Assembly (NCBI GenBank): GCA_965248575.1
Contig: CBDFJQ010000002.1
Coordinates: forward strand, 992,001-1,056,000
Source: Planctomycetota bacterium
GTDB lineage: Bacteria; Planctomycetota; B15-G4
Direction of reading: 5' to 3'
DNA: 64,000 bases
Under the pieces are notes generated by a model that was given only the letters and a program-made list of their open reading frames with translations, did no database searches and was not told the DNA's origin. The translations under genes were made by a program, and so were the position numbers. This document shows positions 41,678-53,057 of this stretch, one piece after another (position 1 is the stretch's first letter; each line of letters opens with the position of its first letter).

Positions 41678-42268
41678 ATGGTTCGACTGGACAAGATCTA
41701 CACGGGCGGAGGAGACGCGGGCCTGACGTCCCTCGGCAGCGGAACGCGCGTGCCCAAGAACAGTGCGCGCATCGCAGCCTACGGCGAGGTGGATGAGCTG
41801 AACTCCGTTCTCGGCATGTGCCTGAGCCATGCGACCGAAGCCTCCGAGCGCGAACTCCTGCTGGACATCCAGCACGAGCTGTTCGACCTGGGCGCCGACC
41901 TGTGCATCCCCATCTCCGCCGCCGCGATTGGCGAGCAGGGGGCGAGCCCCAAGCTACGGCTCGTGCCCGAAGCGGCCCAGCGCCTCGAAGCCGTGATCGA
42001 CGAGGTCAATGCAGGCCTCGCGCCGCTCACGAGTTTCATCCTGCCCGGAGGCACGCCGCTCGCGAGCGTCTATCACCTGGCGCGCACCGTCTGTCGTCGG
42101 GTCGAGCGCGGGCTACTCAGTCTGCTGGAAGCCGAAGGCGCGGAAGCCACCAACCCGGTGGCCCTGGTCTACCTGAACAGGCTCTCGGACTTGCTCTTCG
42201 TCCTCGCCCGGCGCGCCGCTGGACCACACGAGGTCTTGTGGGAGCCCGGCCGAGGTGCACGCCCATGA
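41678..42268 (+). CDS. pduO: Corrinoid adenosyltransferase (PduO type)
   Basis: KIYTGGGDAGLT, AYGEVDELNS, FILPGG, ARTVCRRVER, YLNRLSD. Confidence 0.93.
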   Translation: MVRLDKIYTGGGDAGLTSLGSGTRVPKNSARIAAYGEVDELNSVLGMCLSHATEASERELLLDIQHELFDLGADLCIPISAAAIGEQGASPKLRLVPEAAQRLEAVIDEVNAGLAPLTSFILPGGTPLASVYHLARTVCRRVERGLLSLLEAEGAEATNPVALVYLNRLSDLLFVLARRAAGPHEVLWEPGRGARP

Positions 42269-42630
42269 GCATGAACCCCGGCGTTGTGGGCGCGATCCTC
42301 GGTGGCCTCGGCGTGGCCTTCGGTGCCTTCGGCGCGCACGCCCTCAAGGACCGACTGGCTGAGGACAAGCTCGCCATCTTCGAGGTGGGGGTGCGCTACC
42401 AGCTGGTGCACGCCCTGGCGCTCCTGGCCGTGGCAGCCCTGCTTCGAGAGCAACCTGTGCAGGCTGGGCGCTGTGGCTGGCTGTTCTTGCTCGGGGTCTG
42501 TGTGTTCAGCGGCAGCCTTTATGCCATGGCGCTGGGGGGGCCGCGCTGGTTGGGTGCCGTCACGCCGCTGGGGGGCCTGGGCCTCATCGCCGGTTGGGTG
42601 TCCCTCGCCCTCGCGCTACGAGCGAACTGA
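42265..42630 (+). CDS. DUF423 / YgdD family membrane protein
   Basis: GAFGAHAL, YQLVHA, FSGSLY, GAVTPLGG. Confidence 0.9.
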   Translation: MSMNPGVVGAILGGLGVAFGAFGAHALKDRLAEDKLAIFEVGVRYQLVHALALLAVAALLREQPVQAGRCGWLFLLGVCVFSGSLYAMALGGPRWLGAVTPLGGLGLIAGWVSLALALRAN

Positions 42631-42633
42631 GTC

Positions 42634-43857
42634 GTGGCTCCCAAATCCAAAGGTGGCTCCAAGCACTCCTCGCCTGCATCCCCGCAGTCCGGAAGCTCGG
42701 GTTCGCGCGCCAAGCAGGCTGGACACGACATCCACTTCGAACTGCTTCGCGAGGATGCCACGGGCGCCCGACGAGCTCGCTTCGAGACCACCCATGGCAG
42801 CGTCGAGACGCCAGCCTTCATGCCGGTCGGGACCCAGGGCACGGTCAAGGCCGTGCTGCCCCGGGACGTGGCAGACATCGGCTCCGACGTCATTCTCGCC
42901 AACACCTACCACCTGAGCCTGAACGATCGCACCGAGTTGGTCGAGCGCGCCGGCGGCCTGCACAGCTTCATGAACTGGGACAAGTCCATCCTCACGGACT
43001 CGGGCGGTTTCCAGGTCTTCAGCTTGCCTGGGGCGAAAGTCAGTGAAGAGGGCGTCTCCTTTCCGTTGGGTGAGGGCAAGCCGCGCTACCTGTTGGACCC
43101 TGAGACCTCCATGGACGTCCAGCGCCGACTGGGCGCAGACATCGTGATGGCATTCGACGAGTGCTGCCCGCACGACGCAACCCGCGAATACGTCGGGCGC
43201 AGCGTCGAGCGCACGACACGCTGGGCGCGTCGCTGCCTGGACCAGAAGCTGGCAACGCACCAACTCCTGTTTGGAATCGTGCAAGGCGGCGTCCACGAAG
43301 AGCTTCGCCAGCGCAGCGCAGCTCAGATCACCGAGTTGGGCTTTGACGGCTTCGCCATCGGCGGGGTCAGCGTCGGAGAAGGCCACGACCTGATGGTGGC
43401 GATCACGCGTTGGACCGCACCCCACCTGCCCGTCAACAAGCCGCGCTACCTCATGGGGGTGGGATTGCCGGAAGACATTCTCGAAGCCGTGGAAAGCGGC
43501 ATGGACATGTTCGACTGCGTCATCCCCACGCGCTACGCCCGCGGCGGCAGCCTGTTCACCCGCAAGGGGCGGCTGCGCATCGGAGACCGGTCACACCGGC
43601 ACGACCTGTCGCCAGTCGACAGCAAGTGCACCTGCTACACCTGCAGCCACTACAGCCGTATGGTGCTGCGCCATCTGCACTACGCCCATGAGCCGGTCTT
43701 CGAGACCCTGGCCAGCATCCACAACCTGCAGTTCTACGAAGACCTCATGGCGGGCTGCCGGCACGAGATCGAGCGCAATCGATTTGGGCCCTGGAAAGAG
43801 GCCTGGCTGCGCCGATACCGTGGGCCCGACAAGGGCCCGGACAAGGAAACCTCCTAG
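42634..43857 (+). CDS. tgt: tRNA-guanine transglycosylase
   Basis: TPAFMPVGT, NTYHL, TDSGGFQ, FDEC, GIVQGG, PRYLMGVG, FDCVIPTR, CxCxxC..H. Confidence 0.97.
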   Translation: MAPKSKGGSKHSSPASPQSGSSGSRAKQAGHDIHFELLREDATGARRARFETTHGSVETPAFMPVGTQGTVKAVLPRDVADIGSDVILANTYHLSLNDRTELVERAGGLHSFMNWDKSILTDSGGFQVFSLPGAKVSEEGVSFPLGEGKPRYLLDPETSMDVQRRLGADIVMAFDECCPHDATREYVGRSVERTTRWARRCLDQKLATHQLLFGIVQGGVHEELRQRSAAQITELGFDGFAIGGVSVGEGHDLMVAITRWTAPHLPVNKPRYLMGVGLPEDILEAVESGMDMFDCVIPTRYARGGSLFTRKGRLRIGDRSHRHDLSPVDSKCTCYTCSHYSRMVLRHLHYAHEPVFETLASIHNLQFYEDLMAGCRHEIERNRFGPWKEAWLRRYRGPDKGPDKETS

Positions 43858-44062
43858 GCCCAGTCCAGGTCCAGTTCCAGGAGCCGCAGACAAGGCCTGC
43901 GCGTGGCCCGCAGCTGTGGCCCGCGCCTCGGCCCGAGAGGCCGTCTTGGGGTCTGGTGCGCTTCTTCCTCATTCTCCCTCAACTTCGCCGGACATCTGGT
44001 CGAGGAATGTGCCCCTCAGGTGCCCTCCCGGCGCCACCCCCGTCGCGTTACGGAGATGATCC

Positions 44063-44866
44063 ATGCTTGCCTCGAACCTGTGCTCCCGCTGGGCACTCGC
44101 CCTCTTGATTCCGGCCCTGGCCGCTGGCTGTGGCACCGCCCGGCACATGCAGAGCCTCGACATCTCCGATCACGATGGTCGGCATTTCGTCGGCGACATC
44201 GCGGTGGACTACCACCAGGAAGTGTCCCTCCAAGGTCAGCTTGCGGCCGAAGGCCTGACCCTCAAGCTGATGTCCCACACCGGCGCCATCGATGTGGTGG
44301 GCAGCCCAGGCGACAGCTACGAGCTGGTGCTCGACCTCTACACCGAGTTCGAAGGCGACGGCATGGCTGAGCTCGACGGCGACGGCTTGCGCGCCTGGTC
44401 GGACATGAACGGCGCGATCCTGATCAACGGCATTCGCGGCCGCCTCCCCGAAGGCGTCTCCCTGGAGATCCAGGCCGGCACGGGCGATGTCCTGGTCACG
44501 AGCTTCTTCGGGCCCGGCTCCGTCGACATCAAGAACGGCACGGGCACCGTGTCCGTCCGTTCCTGCGAAGTATCCGACGTCTCCATCAACTCGGGCACCG
44601 GCGATGTGCGCATGGCCCAGTGCACCGTTGAGTCCGTGCGCATGAACATGGGCATCGGCTCCCTGGCCGCCAAGGATTGCACCCTCGGCAAGCTGCGCGG
44701 CGATTCGGGCACCGGCGACTTCCTGATCCACAGCAGCCGCATCGATCACGCCTCCTTCGTGTCTGGTGTGGGCGATGTGCGCCTGACGGACACCCTGATC
44801 AGCGAGCTGCACAGCCAGCTCGGCACGGGCCGTGTCGAGGACCAGAAGAGCGCCGCCAACAAGTAG
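44063..44866 (+). CDS. Lipoprotein with beta-solenoid repeats (DUF4097-like)
   Basis: Lipobox-like LAAG|C; repeated xSGTGDV units. Confidence 0.75.
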   Translation: MLASNLCSRWALALLIPALAAGCGTARHMQSLDISDHDGRHFVGDIAVDYHQEVSLQGQLAAEGLTLKLMSHTGAIDVVGSPGDSYELVLDLYTEFEGDGMAELDGDGLRAWSDMNGAILINGIRGRLPEGVSLEIQAGTGDVLVTSFFGPGSVDIKNGTGTVSVRSCEVSDVSINSGTGDVRMAQCTVESVRMNMGIGSLAAKDCTLGKLRGDSGTGDFLIHSSRIDHASFVSGVGDVRLTDTLISELHSQLGTGRVEDQKSAANK

Positions 44867-44942
44867 GCCGCAAATCGTCCTCATGGACCCATGATTCGAG
44901 GGCCAGCCCCTCGGACCCGGTGCCCGCCCCCAGGGCACCATC

Positions 44943-44983
44943 GTGGCCCGGCGCCACCCCGAAACGGGTGGCTGCCGGGCCAC
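44943..44983. terminator. Strong GC hairpin, probable terminator
   Basis: GTGGCCCGGC-GCCACCC-(CGAAAC)-GGGTGGC-T-GCCGGGCCAC; no clear U tract. Confidence 0.5.
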
Positions 44984-45017
44984 TCGCGTTGAATGGGGCA
45001 GACAGTGAACGAGGGAC

Positions 45018-45047
45018 TTGACCCGGCATATCAGCAGGTTATGATCC
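45018..45047 (+). promoter_or_regulatory. Promoter of sahR-ahcY with overlapping SahR-type operator
   Basis: TTGACC(45018)-N16-TATGAT(45040); palindrome ATATCA-N8-TGATCC at 45028-45047. Confidence 0.65.
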
Positions 45048-45051
45048 CGTG

Positions 45052-46011
45052 ATGCCGTCAACCGAATCCATCCCCAGCACCCTCAGGGCACTCTCAGATG
45101 AGACGCGCCTGCGGATCCTCAGCCTGCTGCTGCAGGCTGAGCTGTCTGTGGGGGAGATTGCCCGCTGCCTGGCCACCGGCCAGAGCCGGGTCAGCAACCA
45201 CCTCAAGATCCTGCGTGAGATGGACTGGATCGGGGAGCGGCACGAGGGCAGCTACACCTTCTGCCGCCTGGAGGTGCCCAACGGGCCCATGGGGAACCTG
45301 TGGACCGCCCTGGCGCCCTCCTTGGACTCCCTCGGGCAGCGTGACGCGGATCAGGCCCGACTGGCCGTCGTTTTGGCTGAGCGGACCGACACCCGGGCTT
45401 TCTTCGATCGGATCGCCGGGGACTGGGACGTCATCGGCAGCGACTTCGAACGAGGCACGGGGCGTCTGGAAGCCTTGGCCTGCCTGGTGCCCTCCAACCT
45501 CGTCGTCGCCGACGTGGGCTGTGGCACCGGCTATCTAGCCGCCGCTCTGGGGCGGCACATCGAACACCTGATCTGCGTGGATTCCAGCGAAGCCATGCTG
45601 GCCCAGGCTCAGGACAATCTGGCAAACCTCAACTGTCGGCTCGAGTTCCGCGCCGGGAGCATGGAAGCGCTGCCGCTCGCCGACGCCGAGGTGGACGCCG
45701 CCTGTGCGCACATGGTCCTGCACCACCTGACGGAGACCCGCACTGGCCTCGACGAGCTCACCCGGGTGATCAAACCCGGAGGGCGCGTCATCTGCGTCGA
45801 GCTGCTGCCGCATCACGAGACCTGGATGCACGAAGCCATGGCCGACACACGGCTGGGCATCGACCCCCAGGCACTCGAGGAGGACTTCGCCTCCGCCGGC
45901 CTGACCAACATCACACGCGAGATGCTCAGCGATCGCTACATGGTCGAGAACCCGACCGGCAAGAGCATCGGCCTTCCGCTCTACCTCATTTCGGCGCAAC
46001 GCGCGCCCTGA
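45052..46011 (+). CDS. sahR: ArsR-HTH plus SAM-methyltransferase-fold regulator (SahR family)
   Basis: ALSDETRLRIL..QSRVSNHLKIL, FFD..A..WD, DVGCGTG, HMVLHH; directly upstream of ahcY. Confidence 0.85.
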   Translation: MPSTESIPSTLRALSDETRLRILSLLLQAELSVGEIARCLATGQSRVSNHLKILREMDWIGERHEGSYTFCRLEVPNGPMGNLWTALAPSLDSLGQRDADQARLAVVLAERTDTRAFFDRIAGDWDVIGSDFERGTGRLEALACLVPSNLVVADVGCGTGYLAAALGRHIEHLICVDSSEAMLAQAQDNLANLNCRLEFRAGSMEALPLADAEVDAACAHMVLHHLTETRTGLDELTRVIKPGGRVICVELLPHHETWMHEAMADTRLGIDPQALEEDFASAGLTNITREMLSDRYMVENPTGKSIGLPLYLISAQRAP

Positions 46012-46053
46012 CTCATAGACCCTTTTTCTTTCCCGAATACCCGGAGAACACCC

Positions 46054-47376
<1,323 letters not shown>

Positions 47377-47434
47377 GCGGCTGCGCCTTGGAGAGCGGCC
47401 TCGCGCGGCTCCCTGAAGCACAGGAGTGTTCATC

Positions 47435-47471
47435 GACGGCCGGTTCCGCGAACCCCGCGGAGCCGGCCGTC
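47435..47471 (+). terminator. 16-bp hairpin downstream of ahcY
   Basis: GACGGCCGGTTCCGCG-AACCC-CGCGGAGCCGGCCGTC with one G-U pair; only TT follows. Confidence 0.55.
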
Positions 47472-47660
47472 TTGCGTCTCATGCCAGGCGGGTCACGTGA
47501 TGCGGCCACCGGCCTCGGCTGAGGGCGCCGAGCGTGGGTGTCCGGTGGGGGCGCTTGGTATGCTGCCGGGCTTCTGCCCCAGCCCCGAGATTGCCAGCAT
47601 GAGACCGGCACAGCGAGCCCCGCGGCAGCGCGCAAGCACCCGATGCAACCCGGAGGATTC

Positions 47661-48749
47661 GTGGCCAGCACCCAGGATGTCTACACCGCACTCAAGACCG
47701 TCCCCGTCCCCGAACTGGGCCAAGGCAAGGACATCGTCAGCGGTGCCGCCGTTCGGAACCTCGTGATCTCGGGCGGCGCTGTCTCGTTCGACCTGGTGTT
47801 GATGGTCGGTGCCAACATGCCCGAGGCGCGAGTGGCTCAGATCCAGGCCGGCTGCGAAGCAGCCGTGAAGTCCCTGGGCGACGTCACCAGCGTGCACGTG
47901 AAGAGCTCCATACGCCCGCCAGCCGAAAGCGCCACACGGACGATCATGCCGCAAGTGAAGCATGTGGTAGCGGTGGCCAGCGGCAAGGGTGGAGTCGGCA
48001 AGAGCACGACGGCCGCCAACCTCGCCGTCGCCCTGCATGCCCAAGGGATGCGCGTCGGCCTGCTGGACGCCGACATCTACGGCCCGTCCGTGCCCACCAT
48101 GTTCGGCGTGAGCGGCCGGCCCGAGCCGGCCGGCGAGAAGCTGATCCACCCCATGAAGGCCCACGGCATCTCGCTGATGAGCATCGGCTTCCTGATCGAC
48201 CCGGACACCCCGATGGTCTGGCGTGGACCGATGGTGCATGGAGCGCTGACGCAGTTCATGGAGCAGGTGGTGTGGGGCGAGCTGGACTACGTCATCGTCG
48301 ACATGCCGCCCGGCACGGGTGACGCGCAGCTCACGTTGACCCAAAAGGCGCCCCTCTCTGGTGCCGTCGTCGTCACCACCCCGCAGCAGGTCTCCGTTGT
48401 GGATGCACGCAAGGGTCTCAAGATGTTCGAGCAGGTGAAGGTTCCGGTGCTGGGTATCGTCGAGAACATGTCCTACTTCGTCTGCGATGGCTGCGACAAG
48501 GAGCACGACATCTTCCTGCGCGGTGGCGGCAAGCGCACGGCCGACGAGATGTCCGTGCCGTTCCTGGGTGAGATCCCGATCCAGTCCGGCATCGCCGCCA
48601 GCGGCGACGGCGGTCGCCCCGTCGTACTGGAGTCGCCCGACAGCCCAGCAGCCCATGCCTTTCACAAGCTGGCAACCTCCATCCGCGAGCGCCTGGACGG
48701 TGACCACGCAGCCGGCAGCGGCCTCAGCTCCATGGCCTGGAAAGGCTGA
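47661..48749 (+). CDS. mrp: Mrp/ApbC/NBP35 iron-sulfur cluster carrier ATPase
   Basis: GGAGG then GTG 47661; N-terminal DUF59-like region; SGKGGVGKST, DADIYGPS, WRGPM, DMPPGTGD, ENMS..CxxC. Confidence 0.95.
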   Translation: MASTQDVYTALKTVPVPELGQGKDIVSGAAVRNLVISGGAVSFDLVLMVGANMPEARVAQIQAGCEAAVKSLGDVTSVHVKSSIRPPAESATRTIMPQVKHVVAVASGKGGVGKSTTAANLAVALHAQGMRVGLLDADIYGPSVPTMFGVSGRPEPAGEKLIHPMKAHGISLMSIGFLIDPDTPMVWRGPMVHGALTQFMEQVVWGELDYVIVDMPPGTGDAQLTLTQKAPLSGAVVVTTPQQVSVVDARKGLKMFEQVKVPVLGIVENMSYFVCDGCDKEHDIFLRGGGKRTADEMSVPFLGEIPIQSGIAASGDGGRPVVLESPDSPAAHAFHKLATSIRERLDGDHAAGSGLSSMAWKG

Positions 48750-49090
48750 TGGACGTCAGCAGCGGTGTGAAACCGGTCAAGCTGGGCCAGGACGGCCCGC
48801 ACGTGCTGACCGTCGAGTGGAGCAACGGGCACCAAGGCCGCCACGCCGTGCGGACTCTGCGCCTGGCCTGTCCGTGCGCCCAATGTGTGGACGAGTGGAC
48901 CGGCGAGCGCACCCTCAAGGACGACACCGTGCCCGAGGACATCCGGCCGGTGTCCATCGACCCGGTGGGCTTGTACGGCATCCAGTTTGACTGGAGCGAC
49001 GGACATGGCACCGGGATCTACACCTTCGAAACCCTCGGGGCGTTGTGCGATTGCCCCACGTGCAGTGCAGATGGAGAGAAATCGGCATGA
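48749..49090 (+). CDS. DUF971 family protein
   Basis: [35 protein letters not shown]. Confidence 0.9.
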   Translation: MDVSSGVKPVKLGQDGPHVLTVEWSNGHQGRHAVRTLRLACPCAQCVDEWTGERTLKDDTVPEDIRPVSIDPVGLYGIQFDWSDGHGTGIYTFETLGALCDCPTCSADGEKSA

Positions 49091-50334
49091 CTGAGTTGTC
49101 CCAAGCGGATCCCGAGATCTACGCCGCGATCGCCGCAGAGGCTCGCCGCCAACACGAGGATCTCGAGCTCATCGCCTCCGAGAACACCACGTCGGCGGCG
49201 GTTCGGGAGGCCGTCGGCTCGGTGCTCACCAACAAGTACGCCGAAGGCTATCCCGGGCGCCGTTACTACGGCGGCTGCGAGCATGTCGACACCGTCGAGC
49301 GCCTGACGATCGATCGCGCCAAGCAGCTGTTCGGGGCTGAGCGCGCCAATGTGCAAGCCCACTCGGGCAGCCAGGCGAACATGGCGGTGCTCATGGCCCT
49401 GCTCGATCCGGGCGACAGCTACCTCGCCATGGACCTCGCCCATGGAGGCCACCTGACCCACGGACACCCCATGAATTTCTCGGGGCGGCTCTATGAGGCC
49501 ATCCCCTACGGAGTGGACCGCGAAACCGAGCGCATCGACATGGACGCCGTGAGGAAGCTCGCCCTGGAGCACCGGCCCAAGCTCATCCTGGCAGGAGCAA
49601 GCGCCTACTCGCGGCACATCGATTTCGAGGCCTTCGCACAGATCGCCCAGGAGGTGGGGGCGTCGTTGATGGTGGACATGGCCCACATCGCTGGCCTCGT
49701 GGCGGCCGGCGTCCATCCGAGCCCGGTGCCGCACGCCGACGCCGTGACACTGACCACCCACAAGAGCCTGCGCGGCCCTCGCGGCGGAATGATCCTGTCT
49801 CGCAAGAGCGTCATGAAGACCATCAACTCCAGGGTCTTCCCAGGGATCCAGGGCGGCCCCCTGATGCATGCCATCGCCGGCAAGGCCGTGGCCCTCAAGG
49901 AAGCAGCTCAACCCGAGTTCGTGGAGTATCAGCAACGGGTGGCGGCCAGCGCGGATGCCATGGCGAAACAGCTCGTGCAGCGTGGAGTGCGCGTGGTGTC
50001 CGGAGGAACAGACAACCACCTCCTGCTCGTGGACGTAGGCAGCAAGGGGCTCACCGGTGCGGACGCTGAAGACGCCCTGGGGGCCGCAGGTCTCACCGCC
50101 AACAAGAACATGATCCCCTTCGACACCCAGCCGCCCATGAAGGCGTCAGGCATTCGCCTGGGGACACCATCCCTCTGCACCCGCGGCTTCGGTCCGGAGG
50201 ACTGCGCACGCGTGGGCGACCTGATCGCGGACGTGCTCGAGGCCCCGCAAGACTCCGCCGTGCTCGCTGCAGCGAAGGCCACCGCGGCAGAACTCGCGGA
50301 CGCCCACCCGCTGCAACAAGGCGACGCCCTCTGA
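49087..50334 (+). CDS. glyA: Serine hydroxymethyltransferase
   Basis: [41 protein letters not shown]. Confidence 0.99.
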   Translation: MTELSQADPEIYAAIAAEARRQHEDLELIASENTTSAAVREAVGSVLTNKYAEGYPGRRYYGGCEHVDTVERLTIDRAKQLFGAERANVQAHSGSQANMAVLMALLDPGDSYLAMDLAHGGHLTHGHPMNFSGRLYEAIPYGVDRETERIDMDAVRKLALEHRPKLILAGASAYSRHIDFEAFAQIAQEVGASLMVDMAHIAGLVAAGVHPSPVPHADAVTLTTHKSLRGPRGGMILSRKSVMKTINSRVFPGIQGGPLMHAIAGKAVALKEAAQPEFVEYQQRVAASADAMAKQLVQRGVRVVSGGTDNHLLLVDVGSKGLTGADAEDALGAAGLTANKNMIPFDTQPPMKASGIRLGTPSLCTRGFGPEDCARVGDLIADVLEAPQDSAVLAAAKATAAELADAHPLQQGDAL

Positions 50335-51038
50335 TGGGGGGCGCGCGGCACACCTACGTCGTCGACATCGAGACGGTCGGCGTGCCGTGGAACTCCCTCG
50401 ACGAAAAGACCCGCGAGTACCTCCAAGGGCGCGCCAGTTCGGAAGCCGAAAAGGAGGCCGTCACCCACCGTCTGGGGCTGAGCCCGGGCACGGGACGGGT
50501 GATCGTGATCGGCATGCGCAACATCACCGCCGACAAAGGCGGCATGTTCGTCGAGGGCAAGCCACGCGGCTGGATCGATGCGGGACCTGCCGGCTTCAAG
50601 CGCTTTGACGGGGACGAGCGGGACATGCTGACCGAGTTCTGGCGCATGCTCGGCACCAACGCAGGTCGGGTGGTGACCTACAACGGCCGGCAGTTCGACG
50701 GCCCCTTCTTGATGCTGCGCTCCGCGATGCTTGGGGTGGCACCCAGCATGAACCTGGCGGGCTACCGCTACTCGGTCGCGGCGCATTGCGACCTGCAGGA
50801 AGTGCTCAGCTTCCATGGGGCAACGCGCCCGGTCTACAGCCTGGACTACTGGTGTCGCCGCTTCGGCATTACCTCACCCAAGGAGGAGGGCTTGGACGGA
50901 TCCCGGGTCCAGGAGTACTACGAATCCAACCGACTCGAAGAGATCGTCGACTACTGCGCCCGTGACGTGATAGCCACGGCGGCGCTCTACGAGAAGCTCG
51001 AGACGACGCTGATCCCGCTGTTCGAGCGACGCAGCTGA
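50334..51038 (+). CDS. Stand-alone PolB-like DEDDy 3'-5' exonuclease
   Basis: ExoI DIET, ExoII YNGRQFD, ExoIII YCARDV. Confidence 0.85.
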   Translation: MGGARHTYVVDIETVGVPWNSLDEKTREYLQGRASSEAEKEAVTHRLGLSPGTGRVIVIGMRNITADKGGMFVEGKPRGWIDAGPAGFKRFDGDERDMLTEFWRMLGTNAGRVVTYNGRQFDGPFLMLRSAMLGVAPSMNLAGYRYSVAAHCDLQEVLSFHGATRPVYSLDYWCRRFGITSPKEEGLDGSRVQEYYESNRLEEIVDYCARDVIATAALYEKLETTLIPLFERRS

Positions 51039-51055
51039 GGTCGGGCAACCCGATC

Positions 51056-51409
51056 TCAGGGACTCAGCTTGCCCTTGATGTCTGAGAGACGGGCAGGGCT
51101 GACCCACCCGATTCCGCGCAACACCACCAGGACCTCGGTCCAGCTGGGGAAGGTCTTGCCCGACTGGCGCTTGTACTTGTCCATGGCCTTCAGGAACTGA
51201 AGACGCTCGAACTCCAGCAGCTCGGGATCATCCGGCGCCTCCTTCGGGCTGCGGCGCTTCGCGCTGCGGCTCGACGTGCGCGTGGAGGAACCCGCCGCCT
51301 TAGCTGTCGACTTCTTCGCGGGGGCCTTTGGGCCCGGCTTGGTTGCGGCCTTGGCCGTGGGCTTCGTTTTGGCCGATGCAGCCTTGCTGGACTTCTTAGT
51401 GGTCACCAT
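51056..51409 (-). CDS. Small basic protein with Lys/Ala-rich N-terminus and short helical C-terminal domain
   Basis: GAGG before ATG; K/A/S/T-rich first half; FLKAMDKYKRQSGKTFPSWTEVL. Confidence 0.78.
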   Translation of the reverse strand: MVTTKKSSKAASAKTKPTAKAATKPGPKAPAKKSTAKAAGSSTRTSSRSAKRRSPKEAPDDPELLEFERLQFLKAMDKYKRQSGKTFPSWTEVLVVLRGIGWVSPARLSDIKGKLSP

Positions 51410-51439
51410 GAGTGCCTCCCGCGGAATAACTCGAAGGGG

Positions 51440-52534
51440 CTACTCATCGGCCACAAGGCCGTGCCTCCTGAAATGTTCACGGACGGCTTCTGTGGTCGGA
51501 TTCTCGATCACGCCGAATTCGGTCACGATTCCAGCAATGTGCTCATGGGGAGTCACATCGAAGGCCGGGTTGTAGACCTGGACGTCTGCCGGCGCGTTCA
51601 GACCACCTGAGTAGCCCTTGCGGATCTCATCGGGATCCCGCTGTTCGATGGGAATGCCGCTTCCATCGGGCGTAGCCAGGTCGAAGGTCGAGGTGGGGGC
51701 CACCACATAGAAGGGCACACCGTGGTGCTTGGCCAGCACGGACACCGAGTAGGTGCCGATCTTGTTGGCCGCATCCCCATTGGCGGCGATGCGATCTGAA
51801 CCCACGAACACCTTCTGGATGCGACCCTCCTTCATCACCTGCCCAGCCATGTTGTCACAGATGAGGGTCACATCGATGCCGGCGTTGTGCAGCTCCCAGG
51901 AGGTGAGGCGGCTGCCCTGGTTGAGGGGGCGCGTCTCATCCGCGAAGACAGCAAAGGTCTTGCCTTGCTCCTGCGCAGCGAAGAACACCGCCAGAGCCGT
52001 GCCGTAGTCCGCCGTAGCCAGGCCGCCTGCGTTGCAGTGGGTGAGTGCCGTCTCTCCCTCAAGCAGCAGGGTCGCCCCGTGCTTGCCCAAGCGGCGACAG
52101 ATGTCCCGGTCCTCCTCCCAGATCGTGACCGCCTCGTCGAGCATGCGTTGCTTCATGCCGTCCACGCTCGCTCCGGCCTCGGCGGCTGCCTGCTCCGCGA
52201 CCCGGGTCATGCGATCCAAGCCCCAGAAGAGGTTCACGGCCGTGGGCCTCGAGGTGGCCAGATAGTCCGTGGTCTTGCGCAGGTCCTGCAGGAAGCCCGG
52301 CACGTCTGTCGCCGCAGAGTTGCGGACGCCCAGCACGGTCCCGAAGCCCGCCGCCACACCGATGGCCGGTGCACCGCGCACCGCCAGGCGCTTGATGGCG
52401 TCCCACATCTCCTCCTGCGTCTGGCAGTCGATCTCCTTGAACTCGGCCGGCAGGAGGGTCTGCTCTATGAGCCGACAGCAGCCGTCGAGGCCGCCCATCC
52501 ATTTGATGGTGTCCGGGTGGCTGGTGCCGGTCAT
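51440..52534 (-). CDS. mtnA: Methylthioribose-1-phosphate isomerase
   Basis: [49 protein letters not shown]. Confidence 0.97.
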   Translation of the reverse strand: MTGTSHPDTIKWMGGLDGCCRLIEQTLLPAEFKEIDCQTQEEMWDAIKRLAVRGAPAIGVAAGFGTVLGVRNSAATDVPGFLQDLRKTTDYLATSRPTAVNLFWGLDRMTRVAEQAAAEAGASVDGMKQRMLDEAVTIWEEDRDICRRLGKHGATLLLEGETALTHCNAGGLATADYGTALAVFFAAQEQGKTFAVFADETRPLNQGSRLTSWELHNAGIDVTLICDNMAGQVMKEGRIQKVFVGSDRIAANGDAANKIGTYSVSVLAKHHGVPFYVVAPTSTFDLATPDGSGIPIEQRDPDEIRKGYSGGLNAPADVQVYNPAFDVTPHEHIAGIVTEFGVIENPTTEAVREHFRRHGLVADE

Positions 52535-52538
52535 GTGC

Positions 52539-53057
52539 TCAGGCTCCCTGCATCATGCGGAGTTTCTCCGAGACAGCCTTGTCCTTGGCCAGGACAGCGT
52601 CTCGCATGCTCTGCTTGTGGTCTTCGAGCGCCTGCGCCAGGGCGGCGTCGGACACTGCCATGATGCGCACGGCAAGCAGGGCGGCATTCTTGCCACCTGC
52701 CTTGTTGGCCGCCACGGTCGCGACCGGAATCCCGCTTGGCATCTGCACCACGGACAGCAGGGAGTCCAAGCCCCCTGCGAAGTCGGTGGGGATCGGCACA
52801 CCGATCACAGGCAGCGTCGTGGCCGCAGCCAACACGCCCGCCAGGTGAGCCGCCCCGCCAGCTACGCCAATCACGACCTGCACTCCGGCTGCCCGTGCAC
52901 CAGAGGCCAGTTCGTGCACGTGGTCGGGCGTGCGATGGGCGGAGAGGATGCGCACGTCGAAGGGAATCCCCATCGACTTCAGCTGCTCAAAACCGCCCTC
53001 GATGTGAGGCAGATCGCTGTCGCTACCCAGGACCCAGAGAACTCGTGGCTGACTCAT
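52539..53057 (-). CDS. purE: N5-CAIR mutase
   Basis: [30 protein letters not shown]. Confidence 0.97.
   Translation of the reverse strand: MSQPRVLWVLGSDSDLPHIEGGFEQLKSMGIPFDVRILSAHRTPDHVHELASGARAAGVQVVIGVAGGAAHLAGVLAAATTLPVIGVPIPTDFAGGLDSLLSVVQMPSGIPVATVAANKAGGKNAALLAVRIMAVSDAALAQALEDHKQSMRDAVLAKDKAVSEKLRMMQGA

Noticed and set aside
42634..43857. Tgt as a queuine-salvaging variant
   Set aside because: It keeps DEC and GGVSVGE (Cys and Val), as in ordinary preQ1-inserting bacterial enzymes
47385..47490. Glycine riboswitch upstream of the glyA-containing operon (GGAGAG..CTGAAG)
   Set aside because: It lacks the CCGAAG and CTCTCAGG core and a second aptamer; the resemblance is only partial
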